Source of the DNA: a virus
DNA length: 64,000 nucleotides
Strand: one strand, 5' to 3'
Virus record (IMG/VR): IMGVR_UViG_3300005529_000024
Span: 96,001 to 160,000 of that record
Below the pieces are notes generated by a model, which was not told the DNA's origin, did not search any database, and saw only the letters and a list, made by a program, of their open reading frames with translations. Positions 19,473-28,956 of this stretch are shown piece by piece (positions within the stretch are counted from its first letter, which is position 1; each line of letters begins with the position of its first letter). Position numbers and translations under genes: made by a program.

Positions 19473-20417
19473 ATGAACATTTTGATTAAAATGATTTTTG
19501 GTAGTTACCTTTATGGAACTGCAATTGAGGGCGTGAGCGATAAAGACTTCAAGGGCGTGTTCATGCCAGAGTTCTCTGATATCCTGCTGGCTAGGGTTAG
19601 CAAATCATATCAGACTTCTACCAAGAATGGCGACGGCAAGAATACTACCTCAGATGTCGATTCTGAGTTTTATTCCTTGCATTATTTTATCGAACTGGCT
19701 TGTCAAGGGCAGACTGTTGCCTTGGATATGCTTCACGCTCCAGAGTCCATGTGTTTAATATCGAGCCATATCTGGAGGGATATCGTTGCCCAAAGACATC
19801 TGTTTTATACTCGTAATCTGGACTCTTTTATCGGATATGCGCGTAGGCAAGCATCTAAGTATGGCATTAAGGGTAGCCGTCTTTCCGCTGCCAGTAGCGT
19901 TATCGATTTCCTTAAGAGGTGCTCTCCCTTTGAAACATTGGGCTACTATTGGGAGGAGCTTCCTCTTAGTGAGCATATCTTTAAGCATCCAGGGCAGGCT
20001 ACCAATAACAATCTGAGGGAGTATGAAGTCTGCGGTAGAAAGTTCCAGGAAACCGCTTCTATTTCCTATGTCTTGCCGATCATCGAAAAGTTTTATGCCA
20101 ATTATGGGGATAGGGCAAGACAAGCAGCGGAAAATAAAAATATTGACTGGAAAGCGATTAGCCATGCATACAGAGCAGCATTGCAGGTTAAGCAAATTCT
20201 GACTGAAAAGACGATTACTTTCCCCTTGCCACAGGCCGCTTATCTGAGGGATATCAAGACCGGAAAGCTGGATTATTCTACTGTGGTTGCCCCTGAGCTT
20301 GAAAAATTAATGGCTGAGGTAGAGGCGTTATCATTGAAAAGTGATTTGCCGGAAAGAGTTGATCGGGCTTATTGGGATTATTTTATCAAGGAAGCTATCA
20401 GGCGTTATTACTGGTAG
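19473..20417 (+). CDS. DNA polymerase beta superfamily nucleotidyltransferase (RlaP/NrdC.11-like)
   Basis: FGSYLYGT...SDKDFKGVF; KAISHAYR; IKTG. Confidence 0.82.
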   Translation: MNILIKMIFGSYLYGTAIEGVSDKDFKGVFMPEFSDILLARVSKSYQTSTKNGDGKNTTSDVDSEFYSLHYFIELACQGQTVALDMLHAPESMCLISSHIWRDIVAQRHLFYTRNLDSFIGYARRQASKYGIKGSRLSAASSVIDFLKRCSPFETLGYYWEELPLSEHIFKHPGQATNNNLREYEVCGRKFQETASISYVLPIIEKFYANYGDRARQAAENKNIDWKAISHAYRAALQVKQILTEKTITFPLPQAAYLRDIKTGKLDYSTVVAPELEKLMAEVEALSLKSDLPERVDRAYWDYFIKEAIRRYYW

Positions 20418-20426
20418 AATCAATCC

Positions 20427-20455
20427 TTGACATGAGTATTAAATAATGGTATACT
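20427..20455 (+). promoter_or_regulatory. sigma70-type promoter
   Basis: TTGACA-N17-TATACT with TG extension. Confidence 0.8.
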
Positions 20456-20476
20456 CATATGTAGGGAGGATCTCAA

Positions 20477-20992
20477 ATGGCTAAATATGAAGACATACGG
20501 CAAATCTCCAATGCGAATTATGTTGTTAATATACCTTGGGATTATTTAGAAGAATGGCTTGATACCAATGAGCATAGATCTTATGGTATCGAGGTTGAGC
20601 CTGATTTTCAGAGAGCGCATGTCTGGGATGATGCCAAGCGTATCAAATATGTTGAGTTTTGTCTTCGTGGTGGAAGATCCAGCCTGAATATCTATTGGAA
20701 TTGTCCAGGTTGGATGATCGACTTTAAAGGCCCTTTGCAATTGGTTGATGGGCTGCAAAGGTTGACCGCTGTGAGGAAATTTTTGAGCAATGAAATTCCT
20801 GCATTCGGACATTTTCATGATGAGTATACAGATAAGCTGAGTATGACTCGTTGTTATTTCCTTTTTTATATAAACGATCTTGCTTCACGAAAAGATATCC
20901 TTCAGTGGTACTTAGATCTTAATGATGGTGGTGTTGTCCACACCACGGAGGAGCTTGAAAGGGTTAAGAAGCTATTGAGTGAAGCAAAGTAA
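20477..20992 (+). CDS. DUF262 (ParB/GmrSD N-terminal-like) domain protein
   Basis: PDFQRAHVW, VDGLQRLTA, LNDGG. Confidence 0.82.
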   Translation: MAKYEDIRQISNANYVVNIPWDYLEEWLDTNEHRSYGIEVEPDFQRAHVWDDAKRIKYVEFCLRGGRSSLNIYWNCPGWMIDFKGPLQLVDGLQRLTAVRKFLSNEIPAFGHFHDEYTDKLSMTRCYFLFYINDLASRKDILQWYLDLNDGGVVHTTEELERVKKLLSEAK

Positions 20993-21006
20993 CAAAAGGA
21001 GGCTTT

Positions 21007-21600
21007 ATGAAGAAGCTTTTACTTCTTTTTGTTTTATTTATTGCTCTTGGTCAGTCTCTTATGTTTTTAAAGCAGCAATGGATGGACAGGATTATCGCTG
21101 AGTGTGAAGTTCGGGAAGCAGCATTGCGTTCTGAATATAACTCTCGAATTGAGAATTTGACTCGTGTTCACAAACTGTCTAATAAGATCAAGACTGTTAA
21201 TGCTGAATTGAGCGATGAGTATGCCTTGTATCTCGCTTCCATTATCAATAATCGGGCTAAAGATCCAGAGCTTATTGTCGCTTTGACGACAGTTGAGAGC
21301 CGGTTCGTTTCTGATCTTGTTGGGCGACATCAGGATACGGGGTATATGCAGATTCTTCCCTCAACAGCCAAAGCATTGGGCTATGAGGATGCTGATTTGC
21401 GTGATCCAGAAGATAATTTCTCAATCGGTATCCCGTACCTTGAATCGTTAATTGCTAAATATGGTCTGGAAGAAGGTGTTTCACGTTACCGCTGCGGTCA
21501 GAAGAAAGATTGTGTTAAAACCAAGCTTTCTAAGACTTATGTACAGCGTGTTATGAGTCTTTATTCTAAGCTGCAAGAAAACAAAAACAGTAAAATGTAA
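21007..21600 (+). CDS. lytic transglycosylase (SLT) with N-terminal anchor
   Basis: VESRF, GYMQILPSTA, NFSIGIPYL, Y..V; hydrophobic N-terminus. Confidence 0.85.
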   Translation: MKKLLLLFVLFIALGQSLMFLKQQWMDRIIAECEVREAALRSEYNSRIENLTRVHKLSNKIKTVNAELSDEYALYLASIINNRAKDPELIVALTTVESRFVSDLVGRHQDTGYMQILPSTAKALGYEDADLRDPEDNFSIGIPYLESLIAKYGLEEGVSRYRCGQKKDCVKTKLSKTYVQRVMSLYSKLQENKNSKM

Positions 21601-21609
21601 GGAGAAAGA

Positions 21610-22212
21610 ATGGAAAAGATTGTGTTGGAAAGTATCCGGCGTGTTGATGCTGCAATAAACACTCATTATGAGGAAGACTTTAAGCAGCGTATAATAGCTT
21701 ATGCTACTCCGAAAGGATATCATTTAATCGAGCCGTTAATTGATATATTTAATAATGACGGTGTTGACGCACTTCTGGAGGCAGTTAAACCTTTACAGAG
21801 GGATCGATCTTTTGCTCCAGGTATTTATCGTGAACTGCTTGTGTTAGAGTCTCGCGTTCATGCTGATTATAAAAATCAATTTCTGACTGAGAAGAAGGAG
21901 CCTAAAAAGCGAAAGAAGAAACGTGCTCCAGAAGGTCAAGAGCGGGAGCCGTTATCCCAGAAGAATCCTTTCGCCTCACATACACAGGGGCACGTGTTTC
22001 ACGCAATTTTTGAGAAGGGACCGTATTCTGTCGAGGAAGCTGTAAAGATAGCAGCAGAGTCTGGTCTCAAGCTTACTTTTGCTCGTGCGAAGCAATTACC
22101 GTATGAATATCAACGTGGTGATATCGCCGGATTTACAATTGAACAGTCTTATGATGGCGACGTACTGAAATGGAAAGTTGTGCCTGCTCAATCTACAGTG
22201 GGTGTGTCTTAA
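21610..22212 (+). CDS. hypothetical protein
   Basis: AAGGAG RBS; basic linker. Confidence 0.55.
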   Translation: MEKIVLESIRRVDAAINTHYEEDFKQRIIAYATPKGYHLIEPLIDIFNNDGVDALLEAVKPLQRDRSFAPGIYRELLVLESRVHADYKNQFLTEKKEPKKRKKKRAPEGQEREPLSQKNPFASHTQGHVFHAIFEKGPYSVEEAVKIAAESGLKLTFARAKQLPYEYQRGDIAGFTIEQSYDGDVLKWKVVPAQSTVGVS

Positions 22213-22213
22213 G

Positions 22214-22450
22214 ATGGAATCAAAACGTGGTTTAGAATCCATTCCAGAGCTACAGTTTATTACGAACTGTGATAAGGATCATGAGATGCCACATGTAGCA
22301 ATCTGGACTAAGGAAGGTCCATTGCACTTCTTCTGGTGTCATAAATGTAAGCAGGCAAAATTTGTTATTGAACCAGACAGAGTGAAATGGGAAAAGCATA
22401 AATCCAGACTTATCGTAAGATTCTTTGATTGGCTTTTTAATGTCTGGTGA
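22214..22450 (+). CDS. hypothetical protein
   Basis: Operon context. Confidence 0.45.
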   Translation: MESKRGLESIPELQFITNCDKDHEMPHVAIWTKEGPLHFFWCHKCKQAKFVIEPDRVKWEKHKSRLIVRFFDWLFNVW

Positions 22451-22459
22451 GGAGGAAGT

Positions 22460-22666
22460 ATGAGAGGATACAGCACGAGCGAGACAAAAAGGATGGTAAG
22501 AAAGATATTCTTTGGTCGTGCTACCAAAGAGGAAGTATATAAGTTCAAATCTTTCTGTCTCTGCATGGTCAAAAAGGAGTTTCATCCAGTTAAGAGGGAT
22601 TTGTATAATCAGGTTGTCTCAGATAACCTTGAGGTCGCTTATTCCCTTCAGAAGGAACTGCGATGA
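22460..22666 (+). CDS. hypothetical protein
   Basis: GGAGG RBS. Confidence 0.45.
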   Translation: MRGYSTSETKRMVRKIFFGRATKEEVYKFKSFCLCMVKKEFHPVKRDLYNQVVSDNLEVAYSLQKELR

Positions 22667-23193
22667 TATTCTTTACGAGCGATACACATTTTTATCATAA
22701 GAATGTAATCAGATACTCTAATCGTCCGTTTTCCTCAGTAGAAGAGATGAATGAGGCACTGATCGAAAAGTGGAACTCTACTGTATCTGTTAAGGATGAA
22801 GTGTATCACCTTGGCGATGTGTCTTTCTCCAGTCTAGGTAATACTCTTTCTATCTTGGATAGATTGAATGGTAGAAAGAAACTGATCCTGGGCAACCATG
22901 ATAGAACTCTTTCAAAGAAATCTGATTTCAAGTCGAGGTTCGAGTGGATCAAAGATTATTATCTTCTTAAAGTCAATGATCCGGATGCGCCTGATGGCGT
23001 TCAGCAAATAGTTCTTTTCCACTATGCGCTTAGGACTTGGGAAAAGATACACTATGGATCTTGGAATCTTTTTGGTCATAGCCATGGTACTCTACCCGAT
23101 AATATATACCTTAAGGCTATGGATGTTGGCGTAGATTGTAATAATTATAAACCTATAAGCTATGAGAGAGTAAAAGATATTATGCGTGTGTGA
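22663..23193 (+). CDS. calcineurin-like metallophosphoesterase
   Basis: SDTHF.H, LGD, GNHD, HY, GHSH, DVGVD. Confidence 0.88.
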   Translation: MIFFTSDTHFYHKNVIRYSNRPFSSVEEMNEALIEKWNSTVSVKDEVYHLGDVSFSSLGNTLSILDRLNGRKKLILGNHDRTLSKKSDFKSRFEWIKDYYLLKVNDPDAPDGVQQIVLFHYALRTWEKIHYGSWNLFGHSHGTLPDNIYLKAMDVGVDCNNYKPISYERVKDIMRV

Positions 23194-23339
23194 GTCTCCT
23201 GGGCTACAGGACAGTGCATTACGAAATAGAAGTAATGAGCACACTAGTCCAAAGTAAGGATAAAGACAAGAGGCGTTATTGTTGGCCTAGCTACGGCAGA
23301 GCGTAAGAGGCCCTTGAGGGTAGCGCGTCCCTCTCACAC
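23188..23339 (+). ncRNA. candidate structured RNA, family unknown
   Basis: GC-richer intergenic stretch closed by GTGTGAG/CTCACAC with several internal hairpins. Confidence 0.4.
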
Positions 23340-23368
23340 TTATATATAAGCAAAATAGGAGATTAAAG

Positions 23369-23611
23369 ATGAAATTTATTCTTGAGGAAGATAAAGAAGA
23401 TCAGATTCTTTTAAAGCTTGTGAGGTATGGTGATAGTATTGGACTTGTAGCTTCTAGAAAGGGTGATTTGGACTGGTATATCCTTTTCATCAGTAATGAT
23501 GGTACTCTATTTCTTCCTAAAGAGCTTGATGAGGGTTTAGGATTCCGGCTTGACGAAAAAGGCCGTATTAAGGTAGTTGATAAGTGGAGTGAGACGAAAA
23601 CTAATCCTTGA
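23369..23611 (+). CDS. hypothetical protein
   Basis: AGGAG RBS. Confidence 0.55.
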   Translation: MKFILEEDKEDQILLKLVRYGDSIGLVASRKGDLDWYILFISNDGTLFLPKELDEGLGFRLDEKGRIKVVDKWSETKTNP

Positions 23612-23635
23612 CAAAATAAATAATACTGCTATAAT
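23608..23635 (+). promoter_or_regulatory. conserved early-type sigma70 promoter
   Basis: TTGACA AAATAAATAATACTGC TATAAT. Confidence 0.8.
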
Positions 23636-23684
23636 TATCTATGAATAGGGTGAACAGGTTTAAACTCTAAACATGGAGGTTAAA

Positions 23685-24083
23685 ATGCTGGTATCTTATA
23701 CGATTAAACTCAATAGAGATGGTCTCAGCAAAGACGATTTTATTCTAGCTATCAAACATTTACGTAACTATATTACTGGTCTGTCTCTTGCGGTTTCTAA
23801 ACAGGCTGTTGAAGAGGTTCTTCAGAATGGTCAAACTGTTATCACCAATGAAGAATCTCCGGTTCTCTTCGACAATACCGATTATGGCAAGAGGAATCGT
23901 GATACTCTGCGTGGTTCTGCGCTTGCTGCTCTGGAACTTATGGGCTTTTCAATCGCATCCCATAATCCGAAGCTTACCGATACTATTGATTCTCTTAAGC
24001 GCACTGTCCATACAGCGATTGAAAATGGAGAATATTCATTGGCGATTTCATTAATCAACGTTCTTATCGAGAATTCCAAATGA
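23685..24083 (+). CDS. protein with ribosomal bL12 C-terminal-like motif
   Basis: ILAIKHLRNYITGLSLAVSKQAVE resembles IxxIKxVRxxTGLGLKEAKxLVE. Confidence 0.5.
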   Translation: MLVSYTIKLNRDGLSKDDFILAIKHLRNYITGLSLAVSKQAVEEVLQNGQTVITNEESPVLFDNTDYGKRNRDTLRGSALAALELMGFSIASHNPKLTDTIDSLKRTVHTAIENGEYSLAISLINVLIENSK

Positions 24084-24451
24084 TTACAAGGGTTTCTATA
24101 CCTGTAACTGGCTGTTACGATGACGAATTAGTGTTTTTTAGCTTATATTTTGAGGGTCATCGATCCCCTTGTAAAAAGGATGTCTTGGATGTCCTCAAAG
24201 ATACCATTGATACTTATTCAGATCTTCCAGAAGCTGTTGTTTCTTTCGAGATGAGTAAGGAAGCTTATGAAATCACACAGTCTGTACATGACTGGCAATA
24301 TGTCAACGATCATTCCATTGTTGAGACAAACACATTTGTAGAACATCCTAAATGGGGTCGTCAACCCTATTCCTGGCGTATTCTCGATATCCATAATCTA
24401 GACAGGCTCACAATTCGTCGTCTCAACAAGGAGTTGGGCCGGGAAGATTAG
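24080..24451 (+). CDS. hypothetical protein
   Basis: ATGA overlap. Confidence 0.5.
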   Translation: MITRVSIPVTGCYDDELVFFSLYFEGHRSPCKKDVLDVLKDTIDTYSDLPEAVVSFEMSKEAYEITQSVHDWQYVNDHSIVETNTFVEHPKWGRQPYSWRILDIHNLDRLTIRRLNKELGRED

Positions 24452-24461
24452 AAATCCTTAT

Positions 24462-24485
24462 CCTACCTTTTGCTTTTTCGCGTCT
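24462..24485 (+). promoter_or_regulatory. putative phage-specific promoter CCTA-N14-GCGTCT
   Basis: Intergenic exact match. Confidence 0.65.
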
Positions 24486-24528
24486 TGCCTACTAAAGATC
24501 CAAATTAATAAAAACTAAGGAAAATAAT

Positions 24529-24885
24529 ATGAAATCCTGCATCTTTACTGATAATGATGCTGTTAACTCTCTGTTTTCATTAGAGAATCAGAAATTGTGC
24601 CCATGTGATGGTATGATTATGTTCCGAAGGCGTAATTATCTGGCTACCCGTCCGGATGTACGAGCTAAGTATGGGTTTGATTTACTGGTCTGTAACGCAC
24701 ATTCTAACCTTCTCAAGGAAATTGAGCCACAGCTTACTCTTGAGCAGTTTATACGACAAATTGGGCCAAATTACGAGGCTTTATGCCCATCCTGCAATAT
24801 GTGGGTGGTTCTGGACCATTTTAAGTTTAATACCCATGGTACAGGTCGTAGTGGTATTTGTCGATTGAGCGACAACGATGTTTAA
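24529..24885 (+). CDS. hypothetical Cys-rich protein
   Basis: AAGGA RBS. Confidence 0.5.
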   Translation: MKSCIFTDNDAVNSLFSLENQKLCPCDGMIMFRRRNYLATRPDVRAKYGFDLLVCNAHSNLLKEIEPQLTLEQFIRQIGPNYEALCPSCNMWVVLDHFKFNTHGTGRSGICRLSDNDV

Positions 24886-24917
24886 TCCTGCCTTTATTCC
24901 TGTTTTTATCGGTGAGT

Positions 24918-26519
24918 ATGAAAAATAAATTAACAAAGTCTCAGAAAAGAATTTTATCCATATACATAAAGCTTTCTAAAAAGAATGGCGTCTATCCATC
25001 CAGATCTGAACTTCTGCGCGAGGGTGTGAGCCGTGATCAAGTACGTTCTGCATTCGGGTCTTTGTCTCAATTAAAGAACGTGGCGTTTACTACATATCCG
25101 GATGTCTTTAAGGGCATTATCGATGAAACCTTGGTATCAGATGATGCGATCCAAAATTTAAAACAAGAAGTAAGGGGTTATAATAAATTTGTTATAACCA
25201 CAGCAATTGGTGGTGGTAAAGTTCATTCCAAGTTTCATTCGAGTCTGAAAAAGTATTGCGAGTTAAACAATGCAAAGCTCTTGATTCTGATGGCTGAAGA
25301 TCCGGCATCGATCAGGAAATTTAAGATTCCAAATGGTCTTGAAGAAGAGCAGTTTGTTTTCTCTGATATCAAATTAAATTCAAATATCTTCATCTCTACA
25401 ATTAAATTATCTGCTAAGCAAATCGATCCTATGACTGGATTGTCCAGGTTAGGAAAGCGCGAGGGATCGTTTATTTATGCATCTCCGAAGCAACGATTAG
25501 TCTTCGTCCCGATAGGCTCTACTCTTCCTCACGCGATCATGACTACAGGAGCTATCACTCTCCCTGATTATCAGACTGAGCATTACATGAGCGAGCGTAC
25601 AGCTTGGATTGCAAAACAAGACCATGTAATGGGCGCTGTAATTGTCGAGGTCGAGGATGAGGAGATCTACCACTTTAGACAGATTCAAGCAGAAAAGAAT
25701 GGATCTTTTATAGATCTTGGGAAACAATACACAGAGAATGGCGTTATTGATGTAAGACCATCTGCGTTCATTCTTGGTGATTGGCATTCTGGTGAAACCG
25801 ATCCAACAGCGAAAACTTCTTGGAAAGAAGTTGTTGATGCTGTAAAACCCAGAATCCTCGTTCTTCATGATGCTTTCAATGGTAAATCAATAAATCATCA
25901 TGAGAAGGGTCGTAAGATCAAGCGAGCGAAATTTTATCGTGATAATTTACTGTCGCTTAAAGATGAACTTAAAAAGTTTGCTGAAGATTTAAACGAACTG
26001 TCAACATGGGCTGATCAGGTAGTGATAGTTAAATCAAATCATGATGAGTTCTTAGAAGAGATTCTAGAAGATGGTCGGTATATAAACGATCCGATAAACT
26101 TCGAAATTTGTACGAAACTAGCTTTAGCTATGCTGAATGGTTCATCACCATTACGAATTGGTGCTGAGATATCAGGCTTGTCAGCGACTAATATAGTGTG
26201 GCTCAAAAGGGATGATGATTTTGAAATCGCTCGTATCCAGTTAGGGGCACATGGAGATAAGGGGCCAAATGGAGCGAGAGGGAGTATAAAGAATCTTGAG
26301 TCATCCTATGGTAATTGTGTAATTGGTCACTCACATTCTCCTGGTATTCTAAGAGGATGCTGGCAAGTTGGAACAAGTAGTCTTTTTAATTTGGGATATA
26401 ACGTTGGTCCGTCATCCTGGTTGCATACAAGCTGTCTGTTGTACCATACAGGAGCACGTCAGTTAATACATTCTATTGAAGGTAGATGGAGATCTAAAAA
26501 TGGAAATAAAGCTAGTTAA
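24918..26519 (+). CDS. T5 A1-like metallophosphoesterase-fold nuclease
   Basis: GDWH, HD...NHH, SNHD, HGDKGPNGARG, GHSHSPG, GPSSW. Confidence 0.65.
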   Translation: MKNKLTKSQKRILSIYIKLSKKNGVYPSRSELLREGVSRDQVRSAFGSLSQLKNVAFTTYPDVFKGIIDETLVSDDAIQNLKQEVRGYNKFVITTAIGGGKVHSKFHSSLKKYCELNNAKLLILMAEDPASIRKFKIPNGLEEEQFVFSDIKLNSNIFISTIKLSAKQIDPMTGLSRLGKREGSFIYASPKQRLVFVPIGSTLPHAIMTTGAITLPDYQTEHYMSERTAWIAKQDHVMGAVIVEVEDEEIYHFRQIQAEKNGSFIDLGKQYTENGVIDVRPSAFILGDWHSGETDPTAKTSWKEVVDAVKPRILVLHDAFNGKSINHHEKGRKIKRAKFYRDNLLSLKDELKKFAEDLNELSTWADQVVIVKSNHDEFLEEILEDGRYINDPINFEICTKLALAMLNGSSPLRIGAEISGLSATNIVWLKRDDDFEIARIQLGAHGDKGPNGARGSIKNLESSYGNCVIGHSHSPGILRGCWQVGTSSLFNLGYNVGPSSWLHTSCLLYHTGARQLIHSIEGRWRSKNGNKAS

Positions 26520-26820
26520 GCAGTTTAAGCGAGGTCCGTATATCATAAAGCACGAAATCTGGAGCTTAGATGGTAATCCGGATACATTTATGAAGGCCGC
26601 GTATTCAGTTGATGGCGTATATATTGGTCTTACAAAAGATGCACATCATCTTTATAAAACTTTTGGCATAGAAGAGTTTTATGGGCGCACACCTCAATCT
26701 GTAGTATGTACCATCGGCTATTCACCTAAAAATAAGAAATGGTATGGGTGGAGCCATAGAGCTATTCATGGATTCAAGACAAAACGTGCGGCTATAAATT
26801 TTGCAGAGAAGGTATCTTAG
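26500..26820 (+). CDS. hypothetical phage protein
   Basis: GGAG RBS; IGYS..KKWYGWSHRA. Confidence 0.55.
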   Translation: MEIKLVKQFKRGPYIIKHEIWSLDGNPDTFMKAAYSVDGVYIGLTKDAHHLYKTFGIEEFYGRTPQSVVCTIGYSPKNKKWYGWSHRAIHGFKTKRAAINFAEKVS

Positions 26821-26830
26821 GAGAATACGG

Positions 26831-27022
26831 ATGTTAGATGATAGCGAGGGCGAGTATCCTCCAGGACATCCTAAAGCTCAAGTTTTGGGGTGTATGTGTG
26901 ATCCAATAAAGAATCGTTGTGGCGTTGGAAGTAGATTATTTCCAGGAGCATTTTTTCGGGTCACAACATGGATAATATCAAAAGATTGTCCAATTCATCG
27001 TTTAAGTAAGGAAGAAGTATGA
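26831..27022 (+). CDS. hypothetical protein
   Basis: AGGAG RBS; GCxCxP...CPxH. Confidence 0.5.
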   Translation: MLDDSEGEYPPGHPKAQVLGCMCDPIKNRCGVGSRLFPGAFFRVTTWIISKDCPIHRLSKEEV

Positions 27023-27267
27023 CGTTTCATGAATATCTGAAAAATCTAGAAACATGCTATGCTCTTTTATTTTTGCGCCGATCTGGTCCTGAAGAAGCTC
27101 CTCTTTGTGTGCTTGGTACAATCATAGTACACGATGACTTCGTTTTAATTCGGGATGTGGACAACAAAGAGTGTGCATATCTATGTACAGAGATTGTCGG
27201 TGTCGCTCGAATGAGTGCGGAAGAATATGAATTAGCTAAAGCAGAAACAGAGGCTTTAGAAGAGTGA
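27019..27267 (+). CDS. hypothetical protein, paralog of the 2050 domains
   Basis: TFHEYLKNL...GTIIVHDDFVLIRD matches TFKQYCESL...GTLIVHEDFVVFRN. Confidence 0.55.
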   Translation: MTFHEYLKNLETCYALLFLRRSGPEEAPLCVLGTIIVHDDFVLIRDVDNKECAYLCTEIVGVARMSAEEYELAKAETEALEE

Positions 27268-27860
27268 AGAAATCATCTCGTTCCGGCAAACGTAAATGTA
27301 AGCGATGTAAGGAGCTTTTTCTCAGGAAGAAGGGTGATCCATTACTCTGTGAGAGATGTAGATTCCATTGCTCCAGATGTGATTCCTTATTAACGCTGGA
27401 TGAGATAAAAGATAAACAGACTCATTGTAATAACTGTTCTCAAGAAGTCGCCATAAACAAAGAGAACAATGTCCACAATAAGGATTACGCCTTATTAAGA
27501 ACATACGGCATTACATACAATGAATACCTAAAGTTACTCGAAGATCAAAATGGCCTTTGCTGGATATGCCGAAAACCTCCAATGAATATCTCATTGAGTG
27601 TTGACCATAAGCATGAAGCAGGGGAGAACAAGAAGAATCCTAGAAGAAAGAGACATCGCGTAAGGGGTCTTTTATGCTGGCTGTGCAATACAGCGTTAAG
27701 ACATTATTTCGATGATCCAATTCTCCTAAGAAGAGCAGCAGAATATTTGGAAGTTCTACCAGCACAAAAAGTCTTATATCCGGAACACAGAATATTAGTA
27801 GACAATGGTGGATCTATTCTGCCGAATATTAACCAGAAGGAAAACAGGGATTGTACTTAA
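27264..27860 (+). CDS. endonuclease VII family protein
   Basis: YGIT..EY..L...Q.G.CxIC, VDHKH, VRGLLCxxCN. Confidence 0.88.
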   Translation: MKKSSRSGKRKCKRCKELFLRKKGDPLLCERCRFHCSRCDSLLTLDEIKDKQTHCNNCSQEVAINKENNVHNKDYALLRTYGITYNEYLKLLEDQNGLCWICRKPPMNISLSVDHKHEAGENKKNPRRKRHRVRGLLCWLCNTALRHYFDDPILLRRAAEYLEVLPAQKVLYPEHRILVDNGGSILPNINQKENRDCT

Positions 27861-27866
27861 CTTAAG

Positions 27867-28592
27867 ATGTCGAAGAACGTGAAAGAAAAAATTATACCTA
27901 TTGACTCGCATACCCAAGAAAGTTTTAATGCTCGCGTATTACCGTTGTATTTAGCGCGGCGTTCAGGTGTTGATAACTCTATCGAGCTATTTGATTTACT
28001 AAGTCATATCGTTAATATCGTAGCTCCCAGATCGTTTCCATCTGTATCAGAATTTGATGCAGACGATTTGAAATCAAGAGGTAGAGAGTACCTGTGGAAG
28101 AAGATTAAGAATAATGATCTTCCAGATATAGAATCAGGGTTCTTCAATTATTTCTATGAATGTATTAAGAATGAAATGCTTCGTGAGTTAAAGGGTATCA
28201 ATCAGCAGATATTCGAGTCTGGTAACGCTTCTGTTGAATGCCCGTCTATGTCAAAGCTATACACGGTTGATAATGTCGAGAATTACATTACAGCTTACGA
28301 GGTATTGCAGAACCTGTATATGGAGATCGTTGCTGAGATTAGATTCGGGGATAATGAGTTCCTTCTTTGCAAATATATTCTATCTCGCATATTGATTTCT
28401 GAGGTCATCTCTCCACGTCATATAAAACGTGCTTATGGTATACAAAATTACAAATTCTACGTGGATTATATCCAAGTAAAAATAAAGTCTAAGCTTTATA
28501 AATATAGAGACATATTAACCAAGATGGGTTGCAACATAGCAGAGATCTCCCAACAATATTTATTGGAGCCAGAAAATAATGCGGATCTATGA
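27867..28592 (+). CDS. sigma factor-like protein (region 2-like)
   Basis: DADDLKSRG..YLWKKI...FFNYFYECIKNEMLREL. Confidence 0.45.
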   Translation: MSKNVKEKIIPIDSHTQESFNARVLPLYLARRSGVDNSIELFDLLSHIVNIVAPRSFPSVSEFDADDLKSRGREYLWKKIKNNDLPDIESGFFNYFYECIKNEMLRELKGINQQIFESGNASVECPSMSKLYTVDNVENYITAYEVLQNLYMEIVAEIRFGDNEFLLCKYILSRILISEVISPRHIKRAYGIQNYKFYVDYIQVKIKSKLYKYRDILTKMGCNIAEISQQYLLEPENNADL

Positions 28593-28950
28593 TGACGTAA
28601 AGATATTCGAAAAATATTCTGGTGGAATTATTGATCCTGTTGAGCTTCTATTGCTGTATTCTTCCCGGATGACTTTACTACCTGAGCTATATGATGCTTT
28701 GGGTAGAGAGTATGCACTTAGATTCCTGGACATATTCTCTGGTCGTACTATCAGTATCCCGTCTCAGGAAGCGATGAATCGTGATTTACGCGATGTTGCT
28801 ATCTTTCTGAGAATTCATAAGAACGATACGCCAGAGCGTAGAAAAGAGATTGCTCAGAAATATGACATCACGTTAGAGAACCTTGATCGTATTTACAAGG
28901 CAGTAAATGATGTTGTTTCTAATGTTGCTAAATTCAAGTTTAATGGTTAG
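28579..28950 (+). CDS. Mor/C family transcription activator-like protein
   Basis: ALGREYAL.F...FSGRTISIP...RD..I...EIAQKYDIT...I..I. Confidence 0.65.
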   Translation: MRIYDDVKIFEKYSGGIIDPVELLLLYSSRMTLLPELYDALGREYALRFLDIFSGRTISIPSQEAMNRDLRDVAIFLRIHKNDTPERRKEIAQKYDITLENLDRIYKAVNDVVSNVAKFKFNG

Positions 28951-28956
28951 AGGTTT

